Shown here: piece by piece, positions 39,791 through 50,880 of the stretch | Layout: each line of letters opens with the position of its first letter | Numbering within the stretch: the stretch's first letter is position 1 | The notes under the pieces: model-generated | What the model saw: the letters and a program-made list of their open reading frames with translations, nothing else | What the model was told of the DNA's origin: nothing | Database searches by the model: none | From: a virus | Taxonomy: Duplodnaviria; Caudoviricetes | Strand: one strand, 5' to 3' | Length of the DNA stretch: 64,000 bases | IMG/VR virus record: IMGVR_UViG_3300021255_002539 | Location: 288,001 to 352,000 of that record | Position numbers and translations under genes: made by a program

Positions 39791-40441
39791 TCAGCCATTT
39801 AGGTAGCAACCACAGGCATACTCCCTCTGGAACTTCTCCCAAATGTCGTCGTCCCAGTCTCTTGGGTCTCCCAGCGCCTCCACATCAGGCTCATCTTCAG
39901 CCATTTCGTGCGCCTGTTCGTAGATGTCACCACAGAACAGCCAAAGTAGAATTTGGGCGAGTTCGTTGTCTGTCTTGGATTCAAGTTCCTCCTTGTCCCA
40001 GGCACCGTACTGCTAAAGATGTTCAATTGCAGCCTCCCTTGGCAGACCAACATCGAACTTGAGATCGTCCACCCACATGGCAATCTCATCGTCCTTTGAG
40101 CCTGGTCCTGAGCAGTCAACCACGCAATAGCCAGGAATTGGCTTCGTGAGTTCATAGGAGTTTCCGCCAATCTTGTGAAACCACTCAGACTTCTGTTCAT
40201 CAACCGACTCCTCGAATTCCTCTGGTCCGTCGTATGCGGTGTAATCCATCTGACCAGCCAATTCCTTGATCTCGTAGAAAGCATCGTCTGCCTGGTGCTT
40301 CCAATAGGTCTTCTCCTTTATGTCGTCGTCTGCCGTGGCAATTCCCATGCCCTCGCAGGCCTTGCCATATTCTATTACAAGCTGAATGAGCTTCTTCGAC
40401 TGCTCGTTGTTGAATGTCGTCTTTTCGTTGAACTTCCTCAT
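39791..40441 (-). CDS. 216-aa late protein (TAG read-through, 1 TAG)
   Basis: Read-through at 40013 gives EHL-Q-QYGAWDKEEL...LLW...DI; ATGGTAAATA at 40465-40474. Confidence 0.75.
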
Positions 40442-40467
40442 TGTAGTTTCCTCTCGTGTAATGTTAT

Positions 40468-41217
40468 TTACCATGTTTGTCCATATCTGTCTATGAAGTC
40501 CTGTCTTGCCTGCCTTTGCATTTCGAGTCTTTGCTTGTCCTCCTCGGATTCCACCGCTGGCGCATTCATCTGCTGCTCCAACCCGCTCTTGTCCAATATG
40601 ACGAAGTGGGTATATGCGCATGTGAACGAGTGTTGTATCTCGTCAGTTTCAGAATACGACAATTGCAAATCAGAGAACGCCTTGATCCAGCAGTTCTTGA
40701 ACCTGAACGCCACTATGGGCTTCTTGTAGGGCGATAGCAAGGTAACATCAATGTCGCACACATGTGTCAAACCATTGGCATCCACATTGCCAGTGTCCAG
40801 CGCATTCGCACCCTTGTTCACAGGGGCGTTGTTCATGCACCAGTTGTACAAGGCCCTGTAATCCGTCCAATCCGAGCGGATGAAGTAGTTGAAGGTGATT
40901 TCCTTGCTTCCAGGTGACATTGTATATGTTGGTCTCTCTATTTCGATTCCACGATAGGACACCTTGTCAGTTCCCATCTCTATTGATGGGATTGTGAAGG
41001 TCGAAAGACGGAGGTTCACATTCTAATAATCGGGGCCTAAAACAAGATATAACGGAACATCTGCTATCCACTTGTTTTTAGCGGCGAACGTGTTCTAATC
41101 CGATACTCCATCAGAGGCTGGAACATTTACACCCGGATATACCAACTACTAGTTCCTGTTGAGGTTCCTAGTCTAGTTTGGGTGTTGGAAGTGATTTACA
41201 TTACTTGGTACTGCCAT
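40468..41217 (-). CDS. Tail tube / tail completion protein (gp19/gp3-like), 249 aa (TAG read-through, 5 TAG)
   Basis: FTIPSI.MG..P..ITF.Y..DW..Y..LYNW..F.NCW..L.Y..F.Y pattern; GGAGGTG SD before ATG 41217. Confidence 0.75.
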
Positions 41218-41392
41218 CGTCTTTCACCTCCTGCTTGTTCTCTTCGATGAAGAATATCCCATTCTCGAAATCCCTTCTGGCCTGCTCCAACTGGTTCAAA
41301 TCCTCTATGCCATCCGCATCACGCTCCATTTGCTTGCGCAGCTTATCGAATTCCTCTGGCGTCATGGTATAGAATCTGACTGGGTTTCCCAT
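41201..41392 (-). CDS. Small late protein
   Basis: AGGAGG SD; follows the late motif at 41420. Confidence 0.6.
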   Translation of the reverse strand: MGNPVRFYTMTPEEFDKLRKQMERDADGIEDLNQLEQARRDFENGIFFIEENKQEVKDDGSTK

Positions 41393-41419
41393 GGTGGTAG
41401 TGTCCTCCTTGTTTGGTAC

Positions 41420-41450
41420 TATTTACCATCAGTGCGACGAAATGGTAAAT
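41420..41450. promoter_or_regulatory. Back-to-back divergent late-type promoters
   Basis: TATTTACCAT-N12-ATGGTAAAT inverted arrangement. Confidence 0.65.
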
Positions 41451-41477
41451 GTATTGAACAACACAAAGCAAAGGAAT

Positions 41478-41654
41478 ATGGGTACACTTTCAACGGTTAA
41501 TCCACGCAAGGATTGGGTATTTTTGAAGCTTGGTGAGCTTTCTGAAGCAGTGAAGATGGACAGTTTCAACCTCACCAGGGACGAACAAGACATCATAGAC
41601 ATCAAGATACAGGAGTTGAGGCAATTTCTTGACCAGAAGTACGCGGGCAAGTGA
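41478..41654 (+). CDS. Small late protein (58 aa)
   Basis: AAGGA SD; followed by a terminator. Confidence 0.55.
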   Translation: MGTLSTVNPRKDWVFLKLGELSEAVKMDSFNLTRDEQDIIDIKIQELRQFLDQKYAGK

Positions 41655-41677
41655 TCCAGTACTGCAGCAATTAAACC

Positions 41678-41712
41678 AAAGGTTGGTGGCTTTTTGAGAA
41701 CCATCAACCTTT
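41678..41712. terminator. Bidirectional terminator
   Basis: AAAGGTTGGTGG...CCATCAACCTTT. Confidence 0.7.
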
Positions 41713-41740
41713 CAGTTTCGTGTGATTTGAGTTGGATTCG

Positions 41741-43417
41741 TCAATCTTCCGCAACGCAGATATCGTAGTATTCCTTGAACGCCGATTCGCACTTCCTCAT
41801 GCAGTTCTGGAAGAACTCCATTCTGTTCACCCTGTCCTGGCGCGTGTACTCCCACAACCTCTGGCGGAACTCGTCGAATGCTGCTCCAACCTCAGCCCAT
41901 TCGTCGTCGTATGATTCGTTGACCAGTTCATCCTAGTCGATGTAGTCGTATTTGTCCTTGATTCTGGTAAGACCCTTGCTTACTATTCTGTCGTGGGATA
42001 TGCCATCAGGGGACAGTTCCAACTCAGAAGGGACGACCTCGTTGCCCTTTCTGTCCTTTGTCGCAAGAACGTCGCACATTTCGTCTGATGTTGAATAGGA
42101 CATCCTTTCGCCCTCGAAAGAGCCAACTCCACCATCAGAACCGATGAAGAACACATATCCATCTGGCGCGATTACGGTATACCTTTCGTAGAAGTCGAAG
42201 TCTGGACCAAAGTCGAAGACATGCCATTGACCATCTCCAACAGAATCATCTTCCTCGTTGTTGTCTTCAATGGACTCGTCATATTCCTCGTTTTCGTCGT
42301 CAAGGTTTTCTTCTTCTTCCTTCTCGGCGCGGTCGTAGATGCTCTGGTGTCCGCCATTTACTGCGTCAGCCAGGTCAGGCGCATTGAGTTCAAGCTTCTC
42401 TATGTCACCATAGAACTCCCTGCCTTCAACACCAACATGGTCAGACTCGATTGGCTTGTCCGTGGGCAAGTCGGCATGTACCCATCCCCAACCATAGTCA
42501 AAGGCAATGTCCATTTCCTGATTCTCAAGTTCATCGTGGAGTTCATCGTCGGCTTCGTCTTCGTCGTAGCTGTTGCAGGAATATGCAATGGTGGCGACAC
42601 CGCCATCAATCTTGGCATATGCCTTGTCTCCAATTTCATGCTCTTGCCAGAAGAAGTCGTTGTAGTAGTCCTCGGCTTCAACTTCGTATTCGCCAGGGAG
42701 GATTTCAACCTTGCATTCGTGGTAGCTCTCGTACTTCTTCTTCTGCTCAATGTACTTCTTGTCCAGAATCTTGCCGAACTTCAAGCCCTTGATGCGAACA
42801 GTATAGCCAGCACCAGCACCTTCCTTCACGAGCTTCTTTGATTCAAGCCCCAATTTCCTCTTTGTGTATTCATCAGCGTTCTCGGCGATGTCCTCCGCCT
42901 CAATCATCGTTCTGCACTGCCCTATGTTCAAGCCATTCTTGTTCGTAACAATGAAGCAATCTCCCATATCATGGATATTGCATCCATTTGCTGCTGGAAT
43001 GACCTTTCTGCCCGCTTCCTTGGCAAGTTTCTTGGATTCTGCCATTCCCGCCTTCCTCTTGTTCCACCAATCCTTCAGTTCCTTGTTGGGGTCGTCCAAA
43101 TGTACTGTCTCGCCAACATCCAATTCCTTCAACTGCTTGGTTGGAATATCCTTGTGACCATAGGTGTGGAGGAATGAGTGAATGTGGGTAAGGGTCGTTC
43201 CGGAGAGGTAGTCGTCGAGAAGCGAGAAGTCCTGTCCGTTTCCGTCTTCACACCTTTCAATCCTGGCAACTGGAGTGCCGTAGGAAATGAGAGTGAAACC
43301 ATCTCCATCGTCCTCTACATACGCCTTGCGTCCAAATGAGGCGCGTCCATTTGTGGGTTCAAGCTCCTTTCTGACATTCTCAGTCACGGGCTTTTTCGTT
43401 TCGTCTATGTGTTTCAT
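41741..43417 (-). CDS. 558-aa acidic multi-module late protein, possible internal head protein (TAG read-through, 1 TAG)
   Basis: Read-through at 41933 continues to TGA 41741; repeated xES motifs (MAES, GLES, YDES, VNES). Confidence 0.7.
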
Positions 43418-44019
43418 CTTTTTGCTTCCTCGTTTTTCCAAATTGCTATTACAGGGGCTTCTTCTTCCTCCACATCGTCGTCAAGGACAATCTCGAATTG
43501 TCCATGCATGTTGTTCTTGTCGATGTATTCGTCAGATATCCTGGGGTCTTCGTACTTGAATATCTAGCCGAATTTGTCCACCAAGAAACCCACAACCTCG
43601 TCGTAGAACAAAATTGCAGAATCGCACTTCTCATCGTAGTCTGGGTCATACTTGTCGAAGTCGAACCAACATATGATTTGGTCGTCATGCAAGGTGATGT
43701 TGGTCTTGATGAAGTTGTCGCTGAACAACTGGCCATTGTATTCCCTTGCCACTGCGTGGTATATTTCGTCCAATGTGGGTTCTTTTGATGTGATGTACGA
43801 ATCAAGCATCTTCTTTACAACATCTGGGTTGAATTGGCACCAATCCTCGAAGTCCCTCAATTTCTTGTCCTGTGGGTATTTGCTGAGGTATGTCGCCTCC
43901 AGGTCGTCGAAGAACGCATCTGGGTCTATTGTCTACCCTTTGTACACCAGAAGTTCCCTGGAATCGTCGAATGTGACTCCTGGGATGCCATAGAAGCCGT
44001 CTTGTTGTAGTTTGTCCAT
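43414..44019 (-). CDS. 201-aa late protein (TAG read-through, 2 TAG)
   Basis: Joined ORF ends in an ATGA overlap with the next gene; GTAAATA at 44028-44034. Confidence 0.75.
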
Positions 44020-44045
44020 GATAACATTATTTACAAAAAACGCTA

Positions 44046-45050
44046 TCAAAACATGGCAGTTAGCTTCAATCCAATAACGGTGACATAGATTTCGGACTTC
44101 GCGGCGCTGGACAACACATTGAGGTTGAGGTGGATGAGGTTGGGCTTGGAGATGACGATTTCGATGTCCTTTGCCTTTGAGTTCGCCACGAAGCTTCTGC
44201 ATGTGGAGGACAGGGTGTCGAGTATGGCCTTGTTGCAGAGGAACACGAAGTTCTGGGTGGTGGATGTGTAGCAGCAGATGTCCTTGTAGTTGGGTGCTGC
44301 GTATGTCATCCTTCCGAACTCCACGCTCACCTTGTTGCCGATGTTGGACTTCACGAGCTTCTGGTTGTCAGAGACAGTTGCGTATAGGGTGTTCTGGGTT
44401 GTGTTGGACACGACATCGCTCTCAATCGCGGCCTGCTCGGGGGTCTGAATCTTGATTGAGCTTTCCTCTGACTCTGACAATGTGGACAACAGTTCGTTCA
44501 CCTCACTGAACTTGTTGGCTGGGATGTTGGCGGTGAGGAGGAAGTTTGGTTGCAGATCATCTGGGTTTGGCGTCTTGTGGACGACCTCGCCATACTTGGA
44601 GGGGACCAGAACCTTCTCTATCGAGCCCAGTTGGGTGCTGACTGCTGCAGAAGTGGACAACTGGAACTTGATGTTGTACTTCGGGGACGATATCTTGATG
44701 CTTGCCTTGGAGCAAACAGAAACCTTCACCTTGCCAGAACTGAACAGAGTTGCGTCCTTGGTGTCGTAGTACTTCCCGATGTTCTTCAGCACCACTATGA
44801 ACTTCTTGACATTTGGCAGGAACAGCGTGATGTCATCCACTTCACAAGAGTCGTCCAGGTGGATTGCCGTGGTAAACAGGTCTGACTTGCCAGTGGCCCA
44901 TTTGTTGAACATCGTGGTCTCGGTCTTGTTGATGGTGACTTGGCAGCATGATGCAGCAAGCGTAGTGTCGAATGTGGTGATGGATCCCAGCAACTGCTCA
45001 AAGTCCTCCACCTTCAACATCAATTCTTCGTTTTTGTTGTTGTTATCCAT
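44046..45050 (-). CDS. Probable sliding clamp (gp45-like)
   Basis: Size, alternating beta/alpha pattern (TLFLPNVKKF..VLK.I), location near helicase and clamp loader. Confidence 0.45.
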   Translation of the reverse strand: MDNNNKNEELMLKVEDFEQLLGSITTFDTTLAASCCQVTINKTETTMFNKWATGKSDLFTTAIHLDDSCEVDDITLFLPNVKKFIVVLKNIGKYYDTKDATLFSSGKVKVSVCSKASIKISSPKYNIKFQLSTSAAVSTQLGSIEKVLVPSKYGEVVHKTPNPDDLQPNFLLTANIPANKFSEVNELLSTLSESEESSIKIQTPEQAAIESDVVSNTTQNTLYATVSDNQKLVKSNIGNKVSVEFGRMTYAAPNYKDICCYTSTTQNFVFLCNKAILDTLSSTCRSFVANSKAKDIEIVISKPNLIHLNLNVLSSAAKSEIYVTVIGLKLTAMF

Positions 45051-45072
45051 TGTGTATTCTGTTCTCCCTTCA

Positions 45073-45765
45073 TCAATATGACGAAATCATCCAAAACCTG
45101 TCGCTTGGACTGGACTGGTCCATCGCCTTGCCAGTCTGGACAAGCTTCTCCATGTAGTGTTCCATGTCGTGGATGTCCACATACGAGTCGTTCACGCACA
45201 GTTCCAATTGGCAATCCTGGAGAATCCTGCTTCCCACATTTGGGAAGAAGTACCCAATCCACTGCGCAATCTTCAGCTTTGTCCTTTTCCCAACCCAAAG
45301 CTTGACCAATTTCAGTACCTTCTCCTGGTCCAGCTCGACAACATAGTCTCCATCGGGGCCGAAGTTGTCCTTGGCCCTGCACCCCAATAGAATTCGGTGG
45401 AGGTTTCTGGAACAGGAGAACCACAAGTCCTTCGCTGGGAACTTGCCGTAGTCGAAGTTGAGGTGCGTGTTCCCATCTTCGTGGGGGGATATGGAATCAA
45501 CGAGCATCCCCAAGTATACCTTGAACTGAACTTCGTCCAATGATCGCATGAACTCTGTTAGTCTGACTTCCTCTGGTGGCAACTTGTCCAGAACCTGATT
45601 CTTCGTGAGCGTCATGCATTTGTTCTTCAGCTCAATCCACCTCTCGGCCCGTTTGCTTCTGTCGTCACCAAGGTACCAGTCCATCTCGCGCACAGCATCG
45701 TGGACAGCATACAATTCCTCCAAGTTGACCCCGGTCGTCTTCGCAACTGTTATCTCAAGACCCAT
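45073..45765 (-). CDS. Hypothetical protein
   Basis: GAGGTG SD; class II promoter upstream. Confidence 0.65.
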   Translation of the reverse strand: MGLEITVAKTTGVNLEELYAVHDAVREMDWYLGDDRSKRAERWIELKNKCMTLTKNQVLDKLPPEEVRLTEFMRSLDEVQFKVYLGMLVDSISPHEDGNTHLNFDYGKFPAKDLWFSCSRNLHRILLGCRAKDNFGPDGDYVVELDQEKVLKLVKLWVGKRTKLKIAQWIGYFFPNVGSRILQDCQLELCVNDSYVDIHDMEHYMEKLVQTGKAMDQSSPSDRFWMISSY

Positions 45766-45801
45766 TCGTTCACCTCTTTCGCATTTCTTCTCAACCATTG
45801 A

Positions 45802-45860
45802 ATTATACGCCAGAAATGTGACATTGTAAAGTTTACGGCAAATCGTCGTTGGTGTATAAT
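45802..45860. promoter_or_regulatory. Divergent class II promoters
   Basis: Minus strand TTTACA-N17-TATAAT; plus strand TTTACG-N17-TATAAT. Confidence 0.65.
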
Positions 45861-45882
45861 TGAACAAGGAATTTGACATACG

Positions 45883-47400
45883 ATGGCTATTACGACGACA
45901 ACAGACAACAAATCTACATTCTTCAAGGAGGAGCTGTCAGACAAGACCCTGGAGTTGATGCTGTTCCGGGAGATGGTGCTCAATTCTGACTTCATGGACA
46001 AGATCTCCAATGTAGTCGACTTCAGGTGGTTCAGAACACCATGCATCCAGTTCATGGCGAAGTTCGCAGTAGGCTACTTCAAGAAGAATGGCATATTGGT
46101 GACCCGGGACATAATGGAGTCCGTAATCCAGAGGGTCAACGAGAACCAAGCGATTGCTGCGAACAAGATTGACCTGAACGCCGCCATGTTCGACTTCAAC
46201 AAGGCAACAACGCTGAACCTGGGAGAGATGTCCGACAAGGACAGAATGGCGAAGATCCAGGAGTATGTGAAGCAGGAGGCGATGAGGAACGCCCTTCTGG
46301 ATTCCGCAACCGACCTGGAGCGCAAGAACACAGATGGATTGGTGGAGAACACGCTGAAGAAGTTCGACGACATCCAGAAGTTGGTTTTCGAGGAACTGGA
46401 CTTTGGAGTTGAGATGTCATCGGATGAAGTTGACAATTCCCTTGAAGACCACATCGACTTCCTCACGAATCCATCTGCGAGGATTCCGACTCTTTGGAAT
46501 TGCCTGGACGACGTGACGCATGGTGGCTTCTTCAAGGATGGCAAGTTCCTGGGTGTGTTCATGGCTCAGGCTGGACTGGGCAAGTCGAACATCTTGGCGA
46601 ACCTAGGGTACAACTTCCTCAAGCAGAACCTCAAGGTTGTGGTGATCTCGATGGAAATGAGCCAGAATGTGTATCTGCGCCGATTCGACTCCCTCATCTC
46701 CAAGATCGACATCGACGATTTGGGGTTGTCCAGCATGGTTGGTCAGTTGAAGGACAAGGTAGAGAGGTTCTACAAGCAAGACTACCCAGGGGCGAGGCTC
46801 AACATCAAGGAATTTCCACCAAACAGCAAGTCAGCGAAGAGCTTGGGGCAGTATGTGGAGAAATTGGTGGTCGCGAAGGGTTGGAAGCCGGATGTCCTCA
46901 TAGTGGACTACCTCAACCTGCTCAAGCCGAATGCTGGTTCCTCCCATGGCGATTCCACGATGTACGAAGATGGCAAGGCGGTGTCCGAGGAACTGCGCAA
47001 GTTGTCGTATGACTTGTCCATTCCCATAATAACTGCGGTCCAGTGCAACTCCAGTGGCTTCAACACCGCCGACATTGGAATGCAGAACATAGCAGAATCC
47101 AGGGGAATCGCCCACACCGCCGACTTCATAGCTGGACTCTACCAAACCGAGGACGAGCAGGAGCAAGGGGTGTTCCACATGAAGATATTGAAGTCCAGAC
47201 TGGGCGAGAGCAAGAACCTCAAGTTCGAGTTCAACAAGCGCACGATGGAGTTCACCGACATCAACGATGTTGACGATGGGATGGAAGCTGTGAAGGAAAG
47301 CGTTGATCAGGGCAAGAAACCGACAACCAATTCACTGACCCCTGTCAGATGCGAAGTCGACGACAAGGATCTGTTCATGGGAGACTTGGGGATGCCGTAA
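45883..47400 (+). CDS. Replicative DnaB-like helicase (gp41-like)
   Basis: AQAGLGKS, ISMEMS, IVDYLNL, TAVQ.N, AES.GI..TAD, KSR.G. Confidence 0.95.
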   Translation: MAITTTTDNKSTFFKEELSDKTLELMLFREMVLNSDFMDKISNVVDFRWFRTPCIQFMAKFAVGYFKKNGILVTRDIMESVIQRVNENQAIAANKIDLNAAMFDFNKATTLNLGEMSDKDRMAKIQEYVKQEAMRNALLDSATDLERKNTDGLVENTLKKFDDIQKLVFEELDFGVEMSSDEVDNSLEDHIDFLTNPSARIPTLWNCLDDVTHGGFFKDGKFLGVFMAQAGLGKSNILANLGYNFLKQNLKVVVISMEMSQNVYLRRFDSLISKIDIDDLGLSSMVGQLKDKVERFYKQDYPGARLNIKEFPPNSKSAKSLGQYVEKLVVAKGWKPDVLIVDYLNLLKPNAGSSHGDSTMYEDGKAVSEELRKLSYDLSIPIITAVQCNSSGFNTADIGMQNIAESRGIAHTADFIAGLYQTEDEQEQGVFHMKILKSRLGESKNLKFEFNKRTMEFTDINDVDDGMEAVKESVDQGKKPTTNSLTPVRCEVDDKDLFMGDLGMP

Positions 47401-49225
47401 CTGGCATGGATGCCGTAAGCAATTCCTGCTCATCTTCGGTTATTTCCTTGCACTCCCAGATGTACACCTCTATGTGTGGTGGTATGTTGTCGTGTGGAAT
47501 CGTGACCGTGTGCGTATTCGACGATTCTGGGTACTCCAATGGGGACATCTGGTAGTTTACCTTCACATTCTTCACAGTGTTGGTTTCTGAGTACTCGTTC
47601 AGGGTTCCAATTGGGGTGGTCTTCACATTGACTACTGCGGCCTGTTTCCCACTGATGCCCCCTTGCAGCCAATCTTGACCTTGTGTAGTGGACTTTTCCT
47701 CCAACGTCTCGTCGTGTGTGTGGATTGGAACATTGGATTCGCGCAGACACACATATTCCTCCCCGAATCTCCTGCCCAACTTCGCGGCCTCGTCCACTCC
47801 CCGGAGGAAGTTCTCTATTCTTCTCCACCGCTTGCCACCATAGTGGTTGATTACCTTTTGCTCTATGTCGTCTGTGGTGGATATGACGACCCTCCCAACA
47901 TATGTCAATGGCCTCACAGACACGAGCAACTACCGAACCAAATCGATCTTCCCACCAATAACCTTGATTTGCTCCATCATCTTGTGGCAGCGGACATTGA
48001 ATTCCTGTCTTGATTCGAGCAGTACATCCAGGAATGGGGTCAGAATCTCGGAAATGGATCTTCCATCCTCCCCCTTGAGTTCCCTACCAGCAACATCTGT
48101 GAATATGTCCAAAAGCTGACCAACCCCCTGCCGCATCATCTTGATGTCATCCTCAATCGAATCTTCCTCAATCTGCAACCGAAGCAGACAATCGGATGGT
48201 GTAAGGTTCTCCACTTGGTATTTCACCAGTCCATTTACGGTGCTCGACTGGTATTGGGCCTCCACCATCGAATCCTTCTTGACCTTCAGTGGTTGCCCAA
48301 CAACATCCCTGCTTGATGAGGATTCCTGTTTGATGGTGGTATATGGGAATGTCACTGCCTGTCGTCCGATGGATGTATTGTTGCTGCTTTCCATGTACTT
48401 GACATATACATTCAGGCAGGGAGGTACATTGTTGTGCCTCTTGTTGGGGGTTCTCCAGTCCAGGATGTTCTGACCATAGAGTGGGAACGTGAGTTGGTCA
48501 GTTGTGGAAGAATTGCATTTGATTGGGTGAACCCGAACCCCCTTTGGAGAACCCCTGTTGTCGTCTTGGGAGACCAATTGGTAGTTCCCCTATGCGAATA
48601 TGCCCAGAACATCGCCACCCAGTTTGTTTCTGGAAATTGGCACGGTAAGGGTTTCTGCCTTCGTATTTGGGTGGTCATGACTGGGAACCTGCCCGACAAT
48701 GGATTCCTCAAAGTCGCTCTGGGGTAGTTCTGCTCCAAATGTCTGACACCATATCTGACCAAGTGCCTTTTTGAAGTTTTCGTATTTCACCAAATCAGGA
48801 ATGGCCGATTCCTTGATGGATTGGATTTCGGTGGCACCAGAGTAGTTCAAGACACCCTTCCTTCTCAATTTCAGAATGTCGTTGTCCAGTCGTTCCTCCA
48901 ATTGGTCGAGTCTAGTCTATAGGTCCGAAATGAAATCCTCTGCAACCGATCTTCTAGCATATTGGGTGAATTGCCCAGCAAGATCCTTTGGCTTCACTCC
49001 TGTTGGATCCAAGTAGGGATGTCCCTGCTAGTCGAACTTCACCAGTTGTCCGAATATGGTCTGGTAGAACTCGTTGAACATCTGCCATTGGGTGACTGCG
49101 ATGTATCCACGAGGCTCTTCCTGCATGGGGAAGAACAAGAAGCAATCGTTGTCGTTGCTGGACAGCGAAAGGTCCAGTACGGAAATCGGATTTACTCTGA
49201 GGTATTCTCTTACATCTATGTTCAT
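47375..49225 (-). CDS. 616-aa baseplate/fibre-like protein with two Gp10-C-like modules (TAG read-through, 4 TAG)
   Basis: Four code-11 ORFs in one frame joined by TAG; HNNVPPCLNVY and HDNIPPHIEVYIW motifs, GG.W.R..FL.G, P.H.H; GTAAATA at 49234-49240. Confidence 0.75.
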
Positions 49226-49236
49226 TGTAGATGTAT

Positions 49237-49581
49237 TTACAATCGAGTGCGTCGTTTTCCCTTCATCTTCTTGATCGGAATGGATTTCTTGAACGATGAG
49301 TTCTTCAGGTTGTACAGAACTGAATAGACCTCATCGAGTGCGGGGTTCATCAGAACATTGAAGTCGGCCAGCAGGTTCATCAGGTTCTGGTCGCAACCAC
49401 CTTGGGTTTCTGGGTTGTTCAATCCGGCCTCAAGAATCGCCTCCTTGGTCTTGGTTGCCTCCTTCGACAGCTTCTGCAACTTGCTGCGCATATCCTTGAA
49501 CCTCCAATAGAAGTCCACCACAGACTTCTTGAACTTGGAGAACCTGTCCTTTACGCGCTTAGCGTCTGGCTCCCGTTTCAT
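49237..49581 (-). CDS. Hypothetical coiled-coil protein
   Basis: ATGA overlap in an operon. Confidence 0.6.
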   Translation of the reverse strand: MKREPDAKRVKDRFSKFKKSVVDFYWRFKDMRSKLQKLSKEATKTKEAILEAGLNNPETQGGCDQNLMNLLADFNVLMNPALDEVYSVLYNLKNSSFKKSIPIKKMKGKRRTRL

Positions 49582-49883
49582 GCGTTATTCTTCTTTCCCT
49601 TGTTATATACGTCTCTTCCAAACTCAAATGGATGGAACATTGGGCATTTCGACAACCACCCAACTGCCCCACCAATCACTTTCTCCAGATGCCCATTGCT
49701 CAACAAGGTTTCCAGTGGAATGTACATCCAGAAAACCAACAGAGCGACCATCACAAACGGCCAAACGAAGAACACGCTTGGCTTGGACGAACATTCCTCC
49801 AATATCCCAGCATATCCACATAAGAACATCGTGATCCACCAACCGGCGAACCACCCAACCACAATAGTCAAGGCAACTTCCAT
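49578..49883 (-). CDS. Membrane protein
   Basis: Two hydrophobic segments. Confidence 0.6.
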   Translation of the reverse strand: MEVALTIVVGWFAGWWITMFLCGYAGILEECSSKPSVFFVWPFVMVALLVFWMYIPLETLLSNGHLEKVIGGAVGWLSKCPMFHPFEFGRDVYNKGKKNNA

Positions 49884-49913
49884 GTCATATTCTCCAGTTT
49901 TAATTGTACCACT

Positions 49914-50285
49914 TCACCATTTCATTGTAAACACGATTCCCATCTTCTCGCGCCGTTTTCTCCATATGGTGACTACATCCACGATTTGTTCTATGATGTC
50001 CCAGGTTATGTTGGTGTTGCCATCCTTGCTTTCAGTGAGTGAGAACAGAACGCTTCTTGTCCAGGAGTTCTCCACCTCCACATAATCCATGGTATATGCC
50101 AAAGACCACTTGGCGAGGGTTTCTATGAGTTGATCCTTGTTGATTTGCTTGACATCCAGTGTATCGCCAAATTGACCATTTGACAAGTATATGGAGTGGA
50201 CATCCTCTGTCTGGACGAGCAGGAGGACTTGTCCAATCGCCTCCACCAGCTCGTAGTCGTCGTGTATCCAAATTGCCCGTTCCAT
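49914..50285 (-). CDS. TNID-family paralog 12
   Basis: LAKWSLAY..SKDGNTNITWDIIE. Confidence 0.7.
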   Translation of the reverse strand: MERAIWIHDDYELVEAIGQVLLLVQTEDVHSIYLSNGQFGDTLDVKQINKDQLIETLAKWSLAYTMDYVEVENSWTRSVLFSLTESKDGNTNITWDIIEQIVDVVTIWRKRREKMGIVFTMKW

Positions 50286-50304
50286 TGTGGTTGGTTTCTC
50301 TGCT

Positions 50305-50481
50305 TTAGATGTTCAACGCCATGGACAATATGGAGAAGGTAGCCATCGCCAGAAAGAACACCCCAGACGCGCACAACATCCAATTTGCAGTCCTGACGAG
50401 CCCAAACCAAGCAACCACGATGGACAGAACCAATGTGATGGTGCCAGCGAAGTACATGGGAATAGCAATCAAGTTGAACAT
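50305..50481 (-). CDS. 58-aa two-TM membrane protein (not in the ORF track)
   Basis: AGGAG SD; MFNLIAIPMYFAGTITLVLSIVVAWFG... Confidence 0.6.
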   Translation of the reverse strand: MFNLIAIPMYFAGTITLVLSIVVAWFGLVRTANWMLCASGVFFLAMATFSILSMALNI

Positions 50482-50496
50482 GTCTCGGTCTCCTGT

Positions 50497-50877
50497 TTAG
50501 AATTCTGAATCAAACTTGTCATCAACAACCTGTCTTTCCCTTAGACGCTTCTGCTCTATTGCTTGTGCCACCCCAACCAATGCGTCAATCACATCTGCGT
50601 CTATGTTGGTGGAGAAGTCGGTCGAGGGTGTAATTCCAATTTCCAGACATGTGGAGTTTGGGATGCACAAAGACGTTATGGCGCACTTGAGGGAGAGGTC
50701 TGGCAGAATGTCAATCAGTTTTGATGGGGTTGGGTTCTGGTGCATCTTCCAACAATGGTCGTACACATACATGTCGAGATCGAAGTCGAGCATTGGGTTC
50801 GCCAATATGTTCTGCCCAAATGCCGCAATCTTCTGCAACATGTATTGCTTGCCAATCTCGCCAGACAGGTTGGTCAT
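50497..50877 (-). CDS. TNID-family paralog 13
   Basis: LPDLSLKC..STDFSTNIDADVIDALV. Confidence 0.7.
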   Translation of the reverse strand: MTNLSGEIGKQYMLQKIAAFGQNILANPMLDFDLDMYVYDHCWKMHQNPTPSKLIDILPDLSLKCAITSLCIPNSTCLEIGITPSTDFSTNIDADVIDALVGVAQAIEQKRLRERQVVDDKFDSEF

Positions 50878-50880
50878 AGG

